Shown in pieces: positions 12,281-21,790 of a stretch of DNA of 64,000 nucleotides. A program made the translations under genes and the position numbers. Each line of letters opens with the position of its first letter. Positions within the stretch are counted from its first letter, which is position 1. Under the pieces are notes generated by a model. The model saw only the letters and a program-made list of their open reading frames with translations. It was not told where the DNA came from and ran no database searches. The stretch comes from an uncultured bacterium (GTDB lineage Bacteria > Actinomycetota > Thermoleophilia > Solirubrobacterales > 70-9), in assembly GCA_963803305.1 (NCBI GenBank), contig CAWDLT010000009.1, forward strand, positions 333,347-397,346, read 5' to 3'.

Positions 12281-13246
12281 TCACTCGTCGCGCAGCGAGA
12301 GGCCGAGGGCGGTGAGGGCGTCCTTGACCTCGTCGGTCGAGCGCTTGCCGAAGTTGGGGATCGCGTTCAGCTCCGACTCGGAGCGCTGGACGAGGTCGCC
12401 AACCGTCTGGATCCCGGCGCGCTTGAGGCAGTTGTACGCCCTGACGCCGACCTCGAGCTCTTCGATCAGGCGGTCGTCGCCGTCCGCCGCGCCGACGCTC
12501 GCGAAGCCGGGATCCATCGCGACGTCGCCGTCCCGGCTGGTCAGCTCCTCTACCCGGTCGGCGTCGGTGAAAATCGCCAGGCTCTTGATCAGGATCTCCG
12601 CCGCCTCGCGAAGCGCGGTGGCGGGCTCGATCGAGCCGTCGGTCTCGACCTCGAGCGACAGCTTGTCGAAGTCGGTGCGCTGACCGACCCGGGACGTGTC
12701 GACCGCGTAGGAGGCCCGCCGGATCGGGGAGAAGATCGAGTCGATCGGGATCACGCCGAGGGGTTGATCCTCCGTCTTGTTGTCCTCGGCCGGGGAATAG
12801 CCGCGGCCGCGGCCGATCGTCAGGTATATCTCGAGCTTGGTCCGCTTCTCGAGGGTCGCGATCGGGGCGTCCGGGTTGAGGATCTCGACGCCCGCGGGCA
12901 GATCGATGTCCTTTGCCTTCACGTCGCCGGGTCCCGTGGCGACCAGCGGCGCCTCGACCTCGTCGGCATCGGTGTGCATGCGCACCACGATGTCCTTGAG
13001 GTTGAGGACGATGTCGGTGACGTCCTCCTTGACCCCGGAGACGGTCGAGAACTCGTGGGCCACGCCTTCGACTCGGACGCTCTTGATCGCGGCTCCGCCC
13101 AACGAGGAGAGAAGCACGCGGCGCAGGCTGTTGCCGAACGTGTAGCCGAAGCCCTTGTCGAGGGGCTCGATCGTGAAGGTGCCATGGGTGTCGGCGACCT
13201 TCTCGCTTGAGATCTTCGGGATCTGGAATTCGGGCAGGGTGGTCAT
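12281..13246 (-). CDS. rpoA: DNA-directed RNA polymerase subunit alpha
   Basis: 321 aa with FTIEPLDKGFGYTFGNSLRRVLLSS in the N-terminal domain and NCLKRAGIQTVGDL in the C-terminal domain. Confidence 0.95.
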   Translation of the reverse strand: MTTLPEFQIPKISSEKVADTHGTFTIEPLDKGFGYTFGNSLRRVLLSSLGGAAIKSVRVEGVAHEFSTVSGVKEDVTDIVLNLKDIVVRMHTDADEVEAPLVATGPGDVKAKDIDLPAGVEILNPDAPIATLEKRTKLEIYLTIGRGRGYSPAEDNKTEDQPLGVIPIDSIFSPIRRASYAVDTSRVGQRTDFDKLSLEVETDGSIEPATALREAAEILIKSLAIFTDADRVEELTSRDGDVAMDPGFASVGAADGDDRLIEELEVGVRAYNCLKRAGIQTVGDLVQRSESELNAIPNFGKRSTDEVKDALTALGLSLRDE

Positions 13247-13285
13247 CGCTTCCTTCAGGGTCGTTTCTTTGCGGGGGTCTCGGCC

Positions 13286-13906
13286 CTACTTGGAGTAGAG
13301 CTCGACGATCAGCTGCTCGGCGACCGGCGTCGTGATCTCGCTTCGGTCGGGCAGGCGAAGAACCTTGGCGGTCAGCGAGTCGTGGTCTGCCTGAAGCCAG
13401 GCGGGCACCGCGGCGGTCAGCTCGGTTGCCGAGCGGACGACATCCGCGGCCTTGGAGTCGGGGCGGATCGAGATCACGTCATCCGGGCGCACCTGGTAGG
13501 AGGGGATGTTGACCCGCCTGCCGTTGACGAGCCAGTGGCCGTGGTCGATCAGCTGCCGGGACTGGCGCCGCGACGCGGCGAAACCGAGCCGGACCAGAAC
13601 GTTGTCCAGCCGGCGCTCGAGCAGCCGTAGCAGGTTCTCGCCGGTGACGCCGTCCTGCCGTGACGCCTTCTGGTAGTAGCCGCGGAACTGCTTCTCGAGC
13701 ACCTGGTAGTAGCGCCGCGCCTTCTGCTTCTCGCGCAGCTGCTGGCGGTACTCGGACTGGCGCATCCTGCCGCGCCCGTGCTCGCCGGGCGGGTAGGAGC
13801 GCCGCTCGACGCCGCACTTCTCGGTCAGGCAGCGAGCGCCCTTGAGGAACAGCTTCTGCCCTTCCCGGCGACATTGCTTGCACTGCGGTCCGGTGTCTCG
13901 AGCCAT
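13286..13906 (-). CDS. rpsD: 30S ribosomal protein S4
   Basis: [19 protein letters not shown] zinc-knuckle-like N-terminus and an S4 RNA-binding domain. Confidence 0.95.
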   Translation of the reverse strand: MARDTGPQCKQCRREGQKLFLKGARCLTEKCGVERRSYPPGEHGRGRMRQSEYRQQLREKQKARRYYQVLEKQFRGYYQKASRQDGVTGENLLRLLERRLDNVLVRLGFAASRRQSRQLIDHGHWLVNGRRVNIPSYQVRPDDVISIRPDSKAADVVRSATELTAAVPAWLQADHDSLTAKVLRLPDRSEITTPVAEQLIVELYSK

Positions 13907-13909
13907 CGC

Positions 13910-14320
13910 CTAGACCCTCCGTCGCTTCCGAGGCCGGCAGCCGTTGTGCGCCTGCGGCGTGACGTCCTTGACGGTGGTCACCTGAAGCCCTGCGGCCTGG
14001 AGCGAGCGGATCGCCGTGTCGCGCCCCGAGCCAGCGCCCTTTGCATGCACCTCGACCCGCTCGAGCCCATGCTCCATCCCCTTTCGGGCCGCGGAATCGG
14101 CGGTCACCTGAGCGGCAAACGGGGTCGACTTTCGGGACCCCTTGAATCCGGCCGAGCCGGCGGACTCCCAGCAGACGACCGCGCCGTCCGTGTCGGTGAT
14201 GGTCACGATCGTGTTGTTGAAGCTGGTCTTGATGTGGGCGATCCCATAGGTGATGTTCTTCTTCACCCGACGGCGAGTGCGGCCGGCGCCTCGAGCCGAT
14301 CCCTTCTTGGGCTGGGGCAT
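13910..14320 (-). CDS. rpsK: 30S ribosomal protein S11
   Basis: Contains [18 protein letters not shown]...[14 protein letters not shown]. Confidence 0.95.
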   Translation of the reverse strand: MPQPKKGSARGAGRTRRRVKKNITYGIAHIKTSFNNTIVTITDTDGAVVCWESAGSAGFKGSRKSTPFAAQVTADSAARKGMEHGLERVEVHAKGAGSGRDTAIRSLQAAGLQVTTVKDVTPQAHNGCRPRKRRRV

Positions 14321-14416
14321 CAGTGAATCACCGACTGCACACGCTGCTCGCGGCGCCGTCGTGTAGGCCTGGTGAATGCGAAAAGCTTTTGGTTGCGGCG
14401 CCGCTCCATCACGTTT
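14321..14416 (-). repeat. Family-B intergenic hairpin element (copy 1, rpsM-rpsK spacer)
   Basis: The plus strand reads atcaccgactgcacacgctgctcgcggcgccg...cggcgccgc. The motifs are shared with 14801-14901 and 22193-22369. GCGGCGCCG/CGGCGCCGC form a 9-bp stem. Confidence 0.7.
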
Positions 14417-14800
14417 CTACTTCGGCGCCGGCGCCTTGCGCCGACCGGCGACGCTCATCCGGCTCGGGCCCTTGCGGGTTCTCGCGTTCGTCTTCGTGCG
14501 CTGGCCTCGAACCGGCAGGCCGCGGCGGTGACGGTGCCCTCTATAGGCCCCGATCTCGGAGAGCCGCTTGATGTTCTGGGAGCGTTCGCGGCGAAGGTCG
14601 CCCTCGACCTCGCGGGACTCGACCGCCTCCCGCAGCTTGACGACCTCGTCGTCGGTCAGATCCTTGACGTAGGTGTTCGGGTCGACGCCCACGTCGGTGA
14701 CGATCTTGCGGGCGGTCGAGTCGCCGATCCCGTGGACGTACGTCAGCCCCACCTCGATGCGCTTGTTGACCGGGATGTTGACCCCCGCTATGCGTGCCAC
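14417..14800 (-). CDS. rpsM: 30S ribosomal protein S13
   Basis: [25 protein letters not shown], with a GTG start preceded by GGTGAT. Confidence 0.95.
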   Translation of the reverse strand: MARIAGVNIPVNKRIEVGLTYVHGIGDSTARKIVTDVGVDPNTYVKDLTDDEVVKLREAVESREVEGDLRRERSQNIKRLSEIGAYRGHRHRRGLPVRGQRTKTNARTRKGPSRMSVAGRRKAPAPK

Positions 14801-14901
14801 CTAGATCACCACCAGCACATGCTGCTCGCGGCGCCGTTGTATGCGCGCCCGATCGATTCGAAAAGTCCCTGTTTGCGGCACCGCGCCAAACATCATCCGC
14901 C
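14801..14901 (-). repeat. Family-B intergenic hairpin element (copy 2, rpmJ-rpsM spacer)
   Basis: The plus strand reads atcaccaccagcacatgctgctcgcggcgccg...cggcaccgcg. The 10-bp stem contains a G-U pair only when read as minus-strand RNA. Confidence 0.7.
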
Positions 14902-15015
14902 CTAACCCTGCCGTTGCTTGTGTCGCGGGTTCGAGCAGATGACCAGCACGACGCCGCGCCGCCGGATTATCCGGCAGCGCTCACACATCGGCTTTACGGA
15001 CGCTCGAACCTTCAC
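14902..15015 (-). CDS. rpmJ: 50S ribosomal protein L36 (zinc-ribbon form); too short for the ORF track
   Basis: Manual translation of the minus strand gives (M)[36 protein letters not shown]-stop. The GTG start has an AGGAG 7 nt upstream. Confidence 0.9.
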   Translation of the reverse strand: MKVRASVKPMCERCRIIRRRGVVLVICSNPRHKQRQG

Positions 15016-15025
15016 CAAAATCTCC

Positions 15026-15145
15026 TGCGGCTGCTTCGCCGCCTTGACTGCTGCTGCCGAGACACTTGTGTCTCGGCCCAAACAAACTCTTGCGGCCGCT
15101 TCGCGGCCTTACCTGCTGCTGCCGAGACACTTGTGTCTCGGCCCA
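15026..15145 (-). repeat. Family-E tandem repeat (2 x 55 nt, period 65), each unit with two GC hairpins
   Basis: Units 15026-15080 and 15091-15145 differ at ~4 positions. Each contains ccgagacacttgtgtctcgg (9-bp stem) and a ggccgc..gcggcc-type hairpin. Confidence 0.75.
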
Positions 15146-15215
15146 ACATATGTGGGTCGTATCCAATCAGTTGCCGAGAAGGCCCGCCGGCCCCAGGAAT
15201 CGGGCCCACAGGCAC

Positions 15216-15234
15216 AAAAACAGGCCTTGCGGCC
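15216..15234 (-). terminator. Weak intrinsic-terminator candidate downstream of the VIT1-like gene
   Basis: The minus strand reads GGCC-gcaa-GGCC followed by TGTTTTTG, ~40 nt after the stop at 15272. The stem is short. Confidence 0.3.
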
Positions 15235-15271
15235 GATCGAGAATGGTAGCAGGCGCCTGGTGCCTCGACGC

Positions 15272-15772
15272 CTACGCCTGGCCCACCACGACGCCGACCG
15301 CGGCGACCGTCGCGCCGGCCAGCGTCACCTGGACGAGCGACTGGGTGAGCGGAACGTGCAGGAAGCGCCGGCGGATCCAGGCGATCGCCAGCAGCTCGCA
15401 TGCGACCAGCGGGTAGGCGACCGCCAGGGCGGTGCCGACGTCGTGGATCAGGAACGGCAGCGCGTGGATCGTGCCGCCGACGAAGGTCGCAAACCCGGTG
15501 ATCACGCCCCGGCGGGCCGAGTCGCCCCGGCCCGTCAGAGTCCCGTCGTCGGACAGCGCCTCGGAGATGCCCATGCTGATCGCCGCCCCGAGCGCAGCGG
15601 CGAGCCCGACCAGGAGCGCGGCCCGCGAGCCCGCCAGGTAGGCCGAGGCGAAGATCGGGGCCAGCGTCGAGACGGTCCCGTCGATCAGCCCGATCAGGCC
15701 GGGCTGCACGACCTGAAGAAGGCGCTGCTTGTCGCTCGCCCCGCGCCAGCTCTCGAGCACGGAATCGACCAT
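15272..15772 (-). CDS. VIT1/CCC1-family (iron/manganese transporter-like) membrane protein
   Basis: 166 aa and hydrophobic. GLIDGTVSTLAPIFA and MGISEALSDDG resemble VIT-family helices. Confidence 0.6.
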   Translation of the reverse strand: MVDSVLESWRGASDKQRLLQVVQPGLIGLIDGTVSTLAPIFASAYLAGSRAALLVGLAAALGAAISMGISEALSDDGTLTGRGDSARRGVITGFATFVGGTIHALPFLIHDVGTALAVAYPLVACELLAIAWIRRRFLHVPLTQSLVQVTLAGATVAAVGVVVGQA

Positions 15773-15838
15773 CCGTCACTTATAGCAAATAGTTTAAGAT
15801 TAGGATGGCCTTAGAAGAATTAGGCTACCCTGATCGCG
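15773..15838. promoter_or_regulatory. AT-rich divergent promoter/operator region between the VIT1-like and Fur-family genes
   Basis: cttatagcaaatagtttaagattaggatggccttagaagaattagg contrasts strongly with the surrounding GC-rich DNA and has repeated AGA(A)TTAGG half-sites. No perfect Fur-box palindrome was seen. Confidence 0.45.
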
Positions 15839-16291
15839 ATGGAGACGAGCCGAGCCAAGGACACCGACACGACGTCCAGGACCTCCGAGGCGCTTCGGGC
15901 GGCGGGCTATCGGGTCACCTCGCAGCGGCTTTTGATCCATCAGACGCTGGTCGAGCTCGATCGGCACGTTGGCGCCGAGGAGCTCCTCGAAGCGGTGGGC
16001 GAGCGATTGCCGAACGTCTCCCTTCCGACCGTCTATGCGAGCCTCGACGCTCTCGAGGAGGCGGGGCTCGTCCGCCGGGTGGCGGCGGGACGGGGCCGGG
16101 CCCTCTACGACTCCCGCCCGGTCGACCACCACCACATCGTCTGCAGGCGCTGTGGCGCCGTGCGCGACCTCGATGCCCGGGTGTCGCTCGACCGCGCCAT
16201 GCATCTGGCCGCCGGGCAGGGCTTCGAAGTCGACGGCGCCGAGATCGTGGTCCACGGCCTGTGCGCCGGGTGCCGCGCCAAGAGCGGCTGA
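15839..16291 (+). CDS. Fur-family metalloregulator
   Basis: Winged-helix segment RVTSQRLLIHQTL...LPTVYASLDALEEAGLV, with metal sites HHHIVCRRCG and GLCAGC. Confidence 0.85.
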   Translation: METSRAKDTDTTSRTSEALRAAGYRVTSQRLLIHQTLVELDRHVGAEELLEAVGERLPNVSLPTVYASLDALEEAGLVRRVAAGRGRALYDSRPVDHHHIVCRRCGAVRDLDARVSLDRAMHLAAGQGFEVDGAEIVVHGLCAGCRAKSG

Positions 16292-16313
16292 CCCGGATCG
16301 GCGCCCGCGCTAC

Positions 16314-17069
16314 TCAGTCTTCGTGCCAGGGGGTGAGCACGCGAGGCCCGTCCTTGGTCACCGCGACCGTGAACTCGAAGTGCGCCGCGAGAGTTCCGTC
16401 CGCGGAGTAGACGGCCCAATTGTCGTCCCCGACCCGGACCTCGGGCTCGCCCGCGTTGACCATCGGCTCGATCGCCAGGACCATCCCGGGCGCCAGCTCC
16501 GGGCCCTTGCCCGGCTCGCCGTAGTTGGGGATCTGCGGGTCCTCGTGCATGTCGCGGCCAATCCCGTGGCCCACCAGGGAGCGGATTATCGAGAAGCCGC
16601 GCGACTCGACGTGGCGCTGGATCGCGCCTGACACGTCGCCGAGGTGGTTGCCCGGACGAGCCTCGGCGACCCCGGCCAGGAGCGCCTCCCGGGTCGCATC
16701 GAGGAGCTCTCTGGCCCCGGGATCGACTGGTCCGACCGGGACGGTCATCGCGGCGTCGGCCACCCAACCGTCCTTGGTGACCCCGACATCGAGCGAGATC
16801 ACATCGCCTCGTTGGAGCTCGTAGGCCCCGGGGATCCCGTGCACGACCATCGAGTTTGGAGAAGCGCAGATCGAGCCGGGAAATCCGCGGTAACCCTTGA
16901 ACGAGGCCTCGGCGTCCTGGGCGAGGATGAAGCGCTCGGCGGCCTCGTCGAGCTCGGCGGTCGTCACACCAGCGTGGCAATTGGAGCTGAGCATGCGAAG
17001 GCAGCGGGCCTGGATCGCTCCCGAGGCGGCCATCCGCTCGATCTGCTCGGGCGTCTTCTTGATGATCAA
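16314..17069 (-). CDS. map: Type I methionine aminopeptidase
   Basis: Contains VVHGIP, DVGVTKDGW, VGHGIGRDMHE and LAIEPM metal-ligand motifs. Confidence 0.95.
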   Translation of the reverse strand: MIIKKTPEQIERMAASGAIQARCLRMLSSNCHAGVTTAELDEAAERFILAQDAEASFKGYRGFPGSICASPNSMVVHGIPGAYELQRGDVISLDVGVTKDGWVADAAMTVPVGPVDPGARELLDATREALLAGVAEARPGNHLGDVSGAIQRHVESRGFSIIRSLVGHGIGRDMHEDPQIPNYGEPGKGPELAPGMVLAIEPMVNAGEPEVRVGDDNWAVYSADGTLAAHFEFTVAVTKDGPRVLTPWHED

Positions 17070-17740
17070 AGCTCCTCCTCCATGCGGAGGGTCGCGAGCA
17101 TCGCCCGGATCCGGTCGGTCACCTCGTCGGGGTCGAGTGAGCCGTCCACGCGGCGCAGGATCCCGCGCTCCTCGTAGTAGGAGACCAGGGGCTCGGTCTT
17201 GTCGTGGTATGTCCGCAGCCGGTTGCGGATCACGTCGGGCTTGTCGTCATCACGTATCTCGAGGCGCGCGCCGCAGATGTCGCAGATGCCGTCGTGCTTG
17301 GGCGGGTCCGACTCGACGTGGAAGATGTGGCCCTCCTTGACGCACGTCCGGCGCCCGCTGAGGCGGCGGACGACCTCGTCGTTGGCGACCTCGATCAGCA
17401 CCGCGACCGTGAGACTGCGCTCCAACTCCTGCATGCTGGAGTCGAGCGCCTCCGCCTGCGCCGTGGTCCGCGGAAAGCCGTCGAGGATGAACCCGTCGGA
17501 GGCCTCCTCGCGCGAGACTCGCTCGGCGATCAGACCGACCATCACCTCGTCGGGCACCAGGTCTCCTCGATCCATGTAGCCCTTTGCCTCGGCACCGAGC
17601 TCGGTGCCCTCGCGGACCGCCGTCCGCAGGATGTCCCCGGTCGCGTAGTAGGGGAGCCGGAAGTCCTCTTGGAGCCGCTCCCCCTGGGTTCCCTTGCCGG
17701 ACCCCGGCGGGCCGAGCAGGACGAGGTTCAGCTCAGGCAT
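17066..17740 (-). CDS. adk: Adenylate kinase
   Basis: P-loop GPPGSGKGTQ, and a LID segment with C..H...CDIC. Confidence 0.95.
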   Translation of the reverse strand: MPELNLVLLGPPGSGKGTQGERLQEDFRLPYYATGDILRTAVREGTELGAEAKGYMDRGDLVPDEVMVGLIAERVSREEASDGFILDGFPRTTAQAEALDSSMQELERSLTVAVLIEVANDEVVRRLSGRRTCVKEGHIFHVESDPPKHDGICDICGARLEIRDDDKPDVIRNRLRTYHDKTEPLVSYYEERGILRRVDGSLDPDEVTDRIRAMLATLRMEEEL

Positions 17741-18007
17741 CGGCAGAGCGCGTGGTCAAAGATCGAGCGGGACGAGGACATCAAACGACGGGGACATCGA
17801 GCGGGATGAGGACATCAAGCGGACGCGGAACACCGAACGGACGCGAGGGTCGGCACGCCGAATCGAAAGGACCCGCAAACGGGCCCAAAAACCAAACAGG
17901 TCGGTGGACGCAGGCCAATCGGCGAAGCGAGCTTAGTTTAAATCTAAGTGAGCGAGGCGATTGGCCGAGGACGCCGAGATGCGCCGGTTTGCAGGGCCCG
18001 CGCCCGT
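17741..18007 (-). repeat. Repeat-rich 267-nt secY-adk spacer (family-A-related element plus a 26-nt direct repeat)
   Basis: 17918-18005 carries ggacgcagg...gaggacgccg...cggtttgcag, the same flanks as 35521-35611. 17759-17790 and 17796-17827 repeat atcgagcggga(c/t)gaggacatcaa. Confidence 0.6.
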
Positions 18008-19279
18008 TTACTTCAGGAAGCCCTCGTAGTTGCGCATCATCAGCTGGGCCTCCAGCTGCTTCACCGTATCGAGCGCCACGCCGATCACGATCAGGATGGA
18101 GGTGCCGCCGAAGAAGAAGTTGGCCGATGTCTGGCTGATCAGGATGGTCGGCAGCGCCGCGACCGCGCCCAGATAGAGCGCCCCCGGGAACGTGAGCCTG
18201 GAGAGGATCCGATCCAGGTATTCGGCGGTAGGTCGTCCCGGTCTCACCCCAGGTATGAACCCCCCGTACTTCTTGAGGTTGTCGGCCTGGTCGACCGGGT
18301 TGAAGGTCACCGCCGTGTAGAAGTAGGTGAAGATGATGATGAAGAAGACCTCGCCCACCACGTAGGCCCACCCGTTCGGGCTGAAGAAGGCCGCGAAGTC
18401 AAGTGCCGCGGGCGTGTTCAGGAGTTGACCTATGGTCGGCGGGAAGGCCATGATCGAAGCGGCGAAGATGACGGGGATCACGCCGGCCATGTTGACCCTG
18501 AGCGGGAGGTAGGTGGACCCTCCGGTGGTCATCCGGCGACCGACGACGCGTTTCGCGTACTGGACGGGAATCCGCCGCTGGCCCTCTTGGACGAAGACGA
18601 TTCCTACGATCACGGCCAGCGCGATGAAGGGCATCATCACGACGAAGACCTGATCGGGGTTGGTCCACCACGCCTGAATGCCGTTCGGGATCCGCGACGC
18701 GATCGAGGCGAAGATCAGAAGCGAGATCCCGTTGCCGATCCCCCGCTGGGTGATCAGCTCGCCGAGCCACATCAGGAGCGTCGTGCCGGCGGTAAGCGAG
18801 ATCACGATCAAGAACAGCTTCGGGGCGGTCAGCGTCCCCACCACGCTGGTCCCGGCGGCGTTCTGGAACGACTGGAACAGGAACACGTAGCCGAGCGACT
18901 GGGCGAGCGCCAGCGCGACGGTCAGGTAGCGCGTGTACTGGGTGATCTTCTGCTGCCCGACCTCGCCCTCCTTCTGGAGCCGCTCCAGCGAGGGCACCAC
19001 CACGGTCAGCAGCTGGAGGATGATCGAGGCGGTGATGTAGGGCATGATCCCGAGCGCGAACAGGGACAGACGCGAGAGGCTTCCGCCGCTGAACAGGTTG
19101 AGGAAGCCGAGGATCGAGTTGCCCGAGAAGTTCTGCTCGATCTCCTTGACGGTGTTGATGTCGACGCCGGGTGAGGGGATGTACGCCCCGAGCCGGTAGA
19201 GCAGGAGCATCGCCGCCGTGAAGGCCAGCTTCTTTCGGATCTCGCCGACCCGGAAGGAGTTGAGGATCGTCTGGAGCAC
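18008..19279 (-). CDS. secY: Preprotein translocase subunit SecY
   Basis: 423 aa and polytopic. It starts MLQTILNSFRVGEIRKKLAFT and contains GIMPYITASII. Confidence 0.95.
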   Translation of the reverse strand: MLQTILNSFRVGEIRKKLAFTAAMLLLYRLGAYIPSPGVDINTVKEIEQNFSGNSILGFLNLFSGGSLSRLSLFALGIMPYITASIILQLLTVVVPSLERLQKEGEVGQQKITQYTRYLTVALALAQSLGYVFLFQSFQNAAGTSVVGTLTAPKLFLIVISLTAGTTLLMWLGELITQRGIGNGISLLIFASIASRIPNGIQAWWTNPDQVFVVMMPFIALAVIVGIVFVQEGQRRIPVQYAKRVVGRRMTTGGSTYLPLRVNMAGVIPVIFAASIMAFPPTIGQLLNTPAALDFAAFFSPNGWAYVVGEVFFIIIFTYFYTAVTFNPVDQADNLKKYGGFIPGVRPGRPTAEYLDRILSRLTFPGALYLGAVAALPTILISQTSANFFFGGTSILIVIGVALDTVKQLEAQLMMRNYEGFLK

Positions 19280-19926
19280 TAGGAAACACCTCCGCCGGAG
19301 GCCTCGCCTTCGGCTGCGTCTCCGGCGGGTTCGGGCTCCGGCGTGGCGGCAGGCACCTCCGCATCTACCGCGGCTTTGCCGCTAGCGCCATCGCGTCCAC
19401 CTTGGGCCGTCTTGGCAGCGGGCTCGCTGCTCTGATCGATGAGCTCGCAGCTGCCGCCGGCTTTTTCGATCTTGTCCTTGGCGGTGGCGCTGAAGGCATG
19501 GGCCTTGACGGTCAGCTTCTTGGTCAGGTCGCCCCTGGCCAGGATCTTGACCGGATGGCGGCGCTTGGCGAGCCCGGCCGCGCGCAGCGTCTCAAGGGTC
19601 ACCTCATCGCCGGCGGAGAACCGCTCCTCGAGGTCGGAGACATTGACCGGCTGGGTGTGGGTCCGGAAGGGCTCGAACGGCATCGACATCTTCTTGTGCG
19701 GGCCGCGAAGCTTCCTGGTCCGCATGTGGATCGGGTTCTGGCCGCCCTCGTAGCCGGGCTTTCTCTTGTTGCCCGACCGGGCGCCGGCGCCCTTGTGCCC
19801 GCGGCCGGAGGTCTTTCCGAGCCCGGATCCGCCGCCGCGGCCGCGGCGCCTTCGGGGATGCCGCGAGCCCGGCTTGGGGCGGATCGTGTGGAGCCCGACC
19901 TCTTCGGGATCGAGGCGGGGAGTCAT
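19279..19926 (-). CDS. rplO: 50S ribosomal protein L15 with a ~65-aa acidic C-terminal extension
   Basis: The L15 core is GRGHKGAGARSGNKRKPGYEGGQNP. The tail ends [30 protein letters not shown] and is encoded by the family-D repeat. Confidence 0.9.
   Translation of the reverse strand: MTPRLDPEEVGLHTIRPKPGSRHPRRRRGRGGGSGLGKTSGRGHKGAGARSGNKRKPGYEGGQNPIHMRTRKLRGPHKKMSMPFEPFRTHTQPVNVSDLEERFSAGDEVTLETLRAAGLAKRRHPVKILARGDLTKKLTVKAHAFSATAKDKIEKAGGSCELIDQSSEPAAKTAQGGRDGASGKAAVDAEVPAATPEPEPAGDAAEGEASGGGVS
19290..19389 (-). repeat. Family-D ~100-nt repeat, copy inside the rplO 3-prime end
   Basis: The 60-nt core 19300-19359 is identical to 20134-20193 and 24588-24647. It contains the inverted repeat CCGCCGGAG-N19-CTCCGGCGG. 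Confidence 0.85.
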
Positions 19927-20102
19927 TCGGAGCCCTCCTCGGTGACCTCGACGAGGTGACCCACGACCTTCAGCATTCCGCGCAGCTCCGGCCCGTCGGC
20001 GCGCGTGGAGGCACTGCCGATCCGGCCGAGCCTCAGGGAGCGGAGCGTCTCGCGCTGCCTGGGACTGGTTCCGTTGCTTGAGCGCACTTGTTTCACCGTC
20101 AC
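19923..20102 (-). CDS. rpmD: 50S ribosomal protein L30
   Basis: (M)TVKQVRSSNGTSPRQRETLRSLRLGRIGSASTRADGPELRGMLKVVGHLVEV. The GTG start at 20102 lies just after the rpsE stop. The upstream part of ORF 19923-20198 is the alternative frame of the repeat. Confidence 0.85.
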   Translation of the reverse strand: MTVKQVRSSNGTSPRQRETLRSLRLGRIGSASTRADGPELRGMLKVVGHLVEVTEEGSE

Positions 20103-20103
20103 G

Positions 20104-20772
20104 CTAGGCAACGGAACCCACATCTCCGCCGGAGGCCTCGCCTTCGGCTGCGTCTCCGGCGGGTTCGGGCTCCGGCGTGGCGGCAGGCACCTCGGCATCT
20201 ACCGCGGCTTCGCCGCTAGCGCCGGCGGCATTACCTTCGGTGGCCTTGTCGTTCTTCTCCAGGCCTAGGACCTGGGCGACGCTCAGGCCGCGGAGCTTGG
20301 CGACCTGCTCGGGGCGGCGCAGGCTGGTCAGGCCCTCCATCGTGGCCTTCACGAGGTTGATCGGATTCTGGGTTCCGATGCTCTTCGTGAGGACGTCTCG
20401 GATCCCGGCCAGCTCGAGCACGGCGCGAACGCCGCCGCCGGCGATCACGCCGGTTCCCGGACTGGCCGGCCGAAGGACCACGTGGCCGGCGCCGAAGCGC
20501 CCGATGATCCGGTGCGGGATCGTCTGGCCGTACATGGGAACGCGAACCAGGCTCTTGCGGGCGTTCTCGACCGCCTTCTGGATTGCCAGGGGGACCTCGC
20601 GCGCCTTGCCGTAGCCAATTCCGACCACGGAGCTCTCATCGCCGACCGCGACCAGGGCGGTGAAGGAGAAGCGCCTGCCTCCCTTGACGACCTTGGCCAC
20701 GCGGTTGATCTCGATCACTCGCTCCTGGAGGTCGAGTCCCTGCGGGCTGACTGTCTCGATGTCGTGGTTCAT
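20104..20772 (-). CDS. rpsE: 30S ribosomal protein S5 with a ~55-aa C-terminal extension
   Basis: The S5 core is [24 protein letters not shown]. The tail is [34 protein letters not shown]. Confidence 0.9.
   Translation of the reverse strand: MNHDIETVSPQGLDLQERVIEINRVAKVVKGGRRFSFTALVAVGDESSVVGIGYGKAREVPLAIQKAVENARKSLVRVPMYGQTIPHRIIGRFGAGHVVLRPASPGTGVIAGGGVRAVLELAGIRDVLTKSIGTQNPINLVKATMEGLTSLRRPEQVAKLRGLSVAQVLGLEKNDKATEGNAAGASGEAAVDAEVPAATPEPEPAGDAAEGEASGGDVGSVA
20124..20223 (-). repeat. Family-D ~100-nt repeat, copy inside the rpsE 3-prime end
   Basis: It differs from the rplO copy at about 2 of 100 positions by eye. Confidence 0.85.
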
Positions 20773-20796
20773 GCGCGGTCGGGTGACGTTAGCGAC

Positions 20797-21150
20797 TCAG
20801 AATGAAAGCCCGCCCTCGCGGGCGCTGTCGGCGAGCGCCTTGATGCGACCGTGGTACTGATAGCCACCGCGGTCGAAGACGCACGCCTCGATCCCCGCCT
20901 CCTTGGCGCGCGCGGCGATCAGCTCGCCGGCTCGCTTCGCCTGTTCGGTGGCCTTCAGCTTCCGCATCTCGGGCTCGGTCCAGGAGACCGCGGCCAGGGT
21001 GCGCGCCGCATCGTCGTCGATCAGCTGCACGAACAGGCCCCTGTTGGATCGGAAGACGGAGAGGCGGGGACGGGCCGCGCTGCCGCGCACCTTCGCCCGT
21101 ACACGGCGACGGCGGCGGAGTCGACGCTCCTGTCTGGTCATCACGGTCAT
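20797..21150 (-). CDS. rplR: 50S ribosomal protein L18
   Basis: [46 protein letters not shown]. The longer ORF to 21843 is a read-through artefact overlapping rplF. Confidence 0.9.
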   Translation of the reverse strand: MTVMTRQERRLRRRRRVRAKVRGSAARPRLSVFRSNRGLFVQLIDDDAARTLAAVSWTEPEMRKLKATEQAKRAGELIAARAKEAGIEACVFDRGGYQYHGRIKALADSAREGGLSF

Positions 21151-21200
21151 CGGGGATCCTCGCCGGCGGGTCGAGGCGGGTTGGGGGCGGATCGGCTCAC

Positions 21201-21734
21201 CTAGGCCCTCTTTCCGACCTTGCGCCGCACGTGCTCGCCCTCGTAGCGGACTCCCTTGCCCTTGTAGGGCTCCGGCGGCCTGGTTCGGCGAATCCTGGCG
21301 GCGATCTCGCCGACCAGTTGCTTGTCGATGCCCCGCACGATGACCTGGGTCGGCGCCGGCACCTCGAACTCGATTCCTTCCGGGGCGGCGACCGCGATGG
21401 GGTGCGAGTAGCCGACCGCAAGCTCCAGCACCCTGCCCTGCAGGCGCGCCCTGTAACCCACTCCCTGGATCTCGAGCCGCTTCTCGTATCCCTGGGTGAC
21501 GCCCTCGACCATGTTCGCGATCAGGCTGCGCGTGAGCCCGTGGAGCGCTCGATGCTCGCCACGATCGCTCGGGCGCTCCACGGTGAGGACGCCGTCCGAC
21601 TCGACCACCTTCATGTCGCGACTCACCGACTGGCTCAGCTCGCCCCGGGGTCCCTTGACCGAGACGAGCGCGGGCTCGACGTCGACGGTGACCCCGTCGG
21701 GGATCGTGATTGGCTTTCGTCCGATTCGGCTCAT
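21201..21734 (-). CDS. rplF: 50S ribosomal protein L6
   Basis: Starts [19 protein letters not shown] and contains GYSHPI. Confidence 0.95.
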   Translation of the reverse strand: MSRIGRKPITIPDGVTVDVEPALVSVKGPRGELSQSVSRDMKVVESDGVLTVERPSDRGEHRALHGLTRSLIANMVEGVTQGYEKRLEIQGVGYRARLQGRVLELAVGYSHPIAVAAPEGIEFEVPAPTQVIVRGIDKQLVGEIAARIRRTRPPEPYKGKGVRYEGEHVRRKVGKRA

Positions 21735-21790
21735 CTCTTCTCAGTGGCCTGCGCCTCGGGTCGGGGTGGCCCGATCCGAGCGTGGCCCGG

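Noticed and set aside
18399-19364. ORFs starting M(R/P)[23 protein letters not shown] (18399-19364, 19923-20198, 24194-24688) that seem to share an N-terminal motif.
   Set aside because: The shared peptide is the family-D repeat read in a non-coding frame, and the ORFs overlap secY, rpmD/rpsE and rpsQ.
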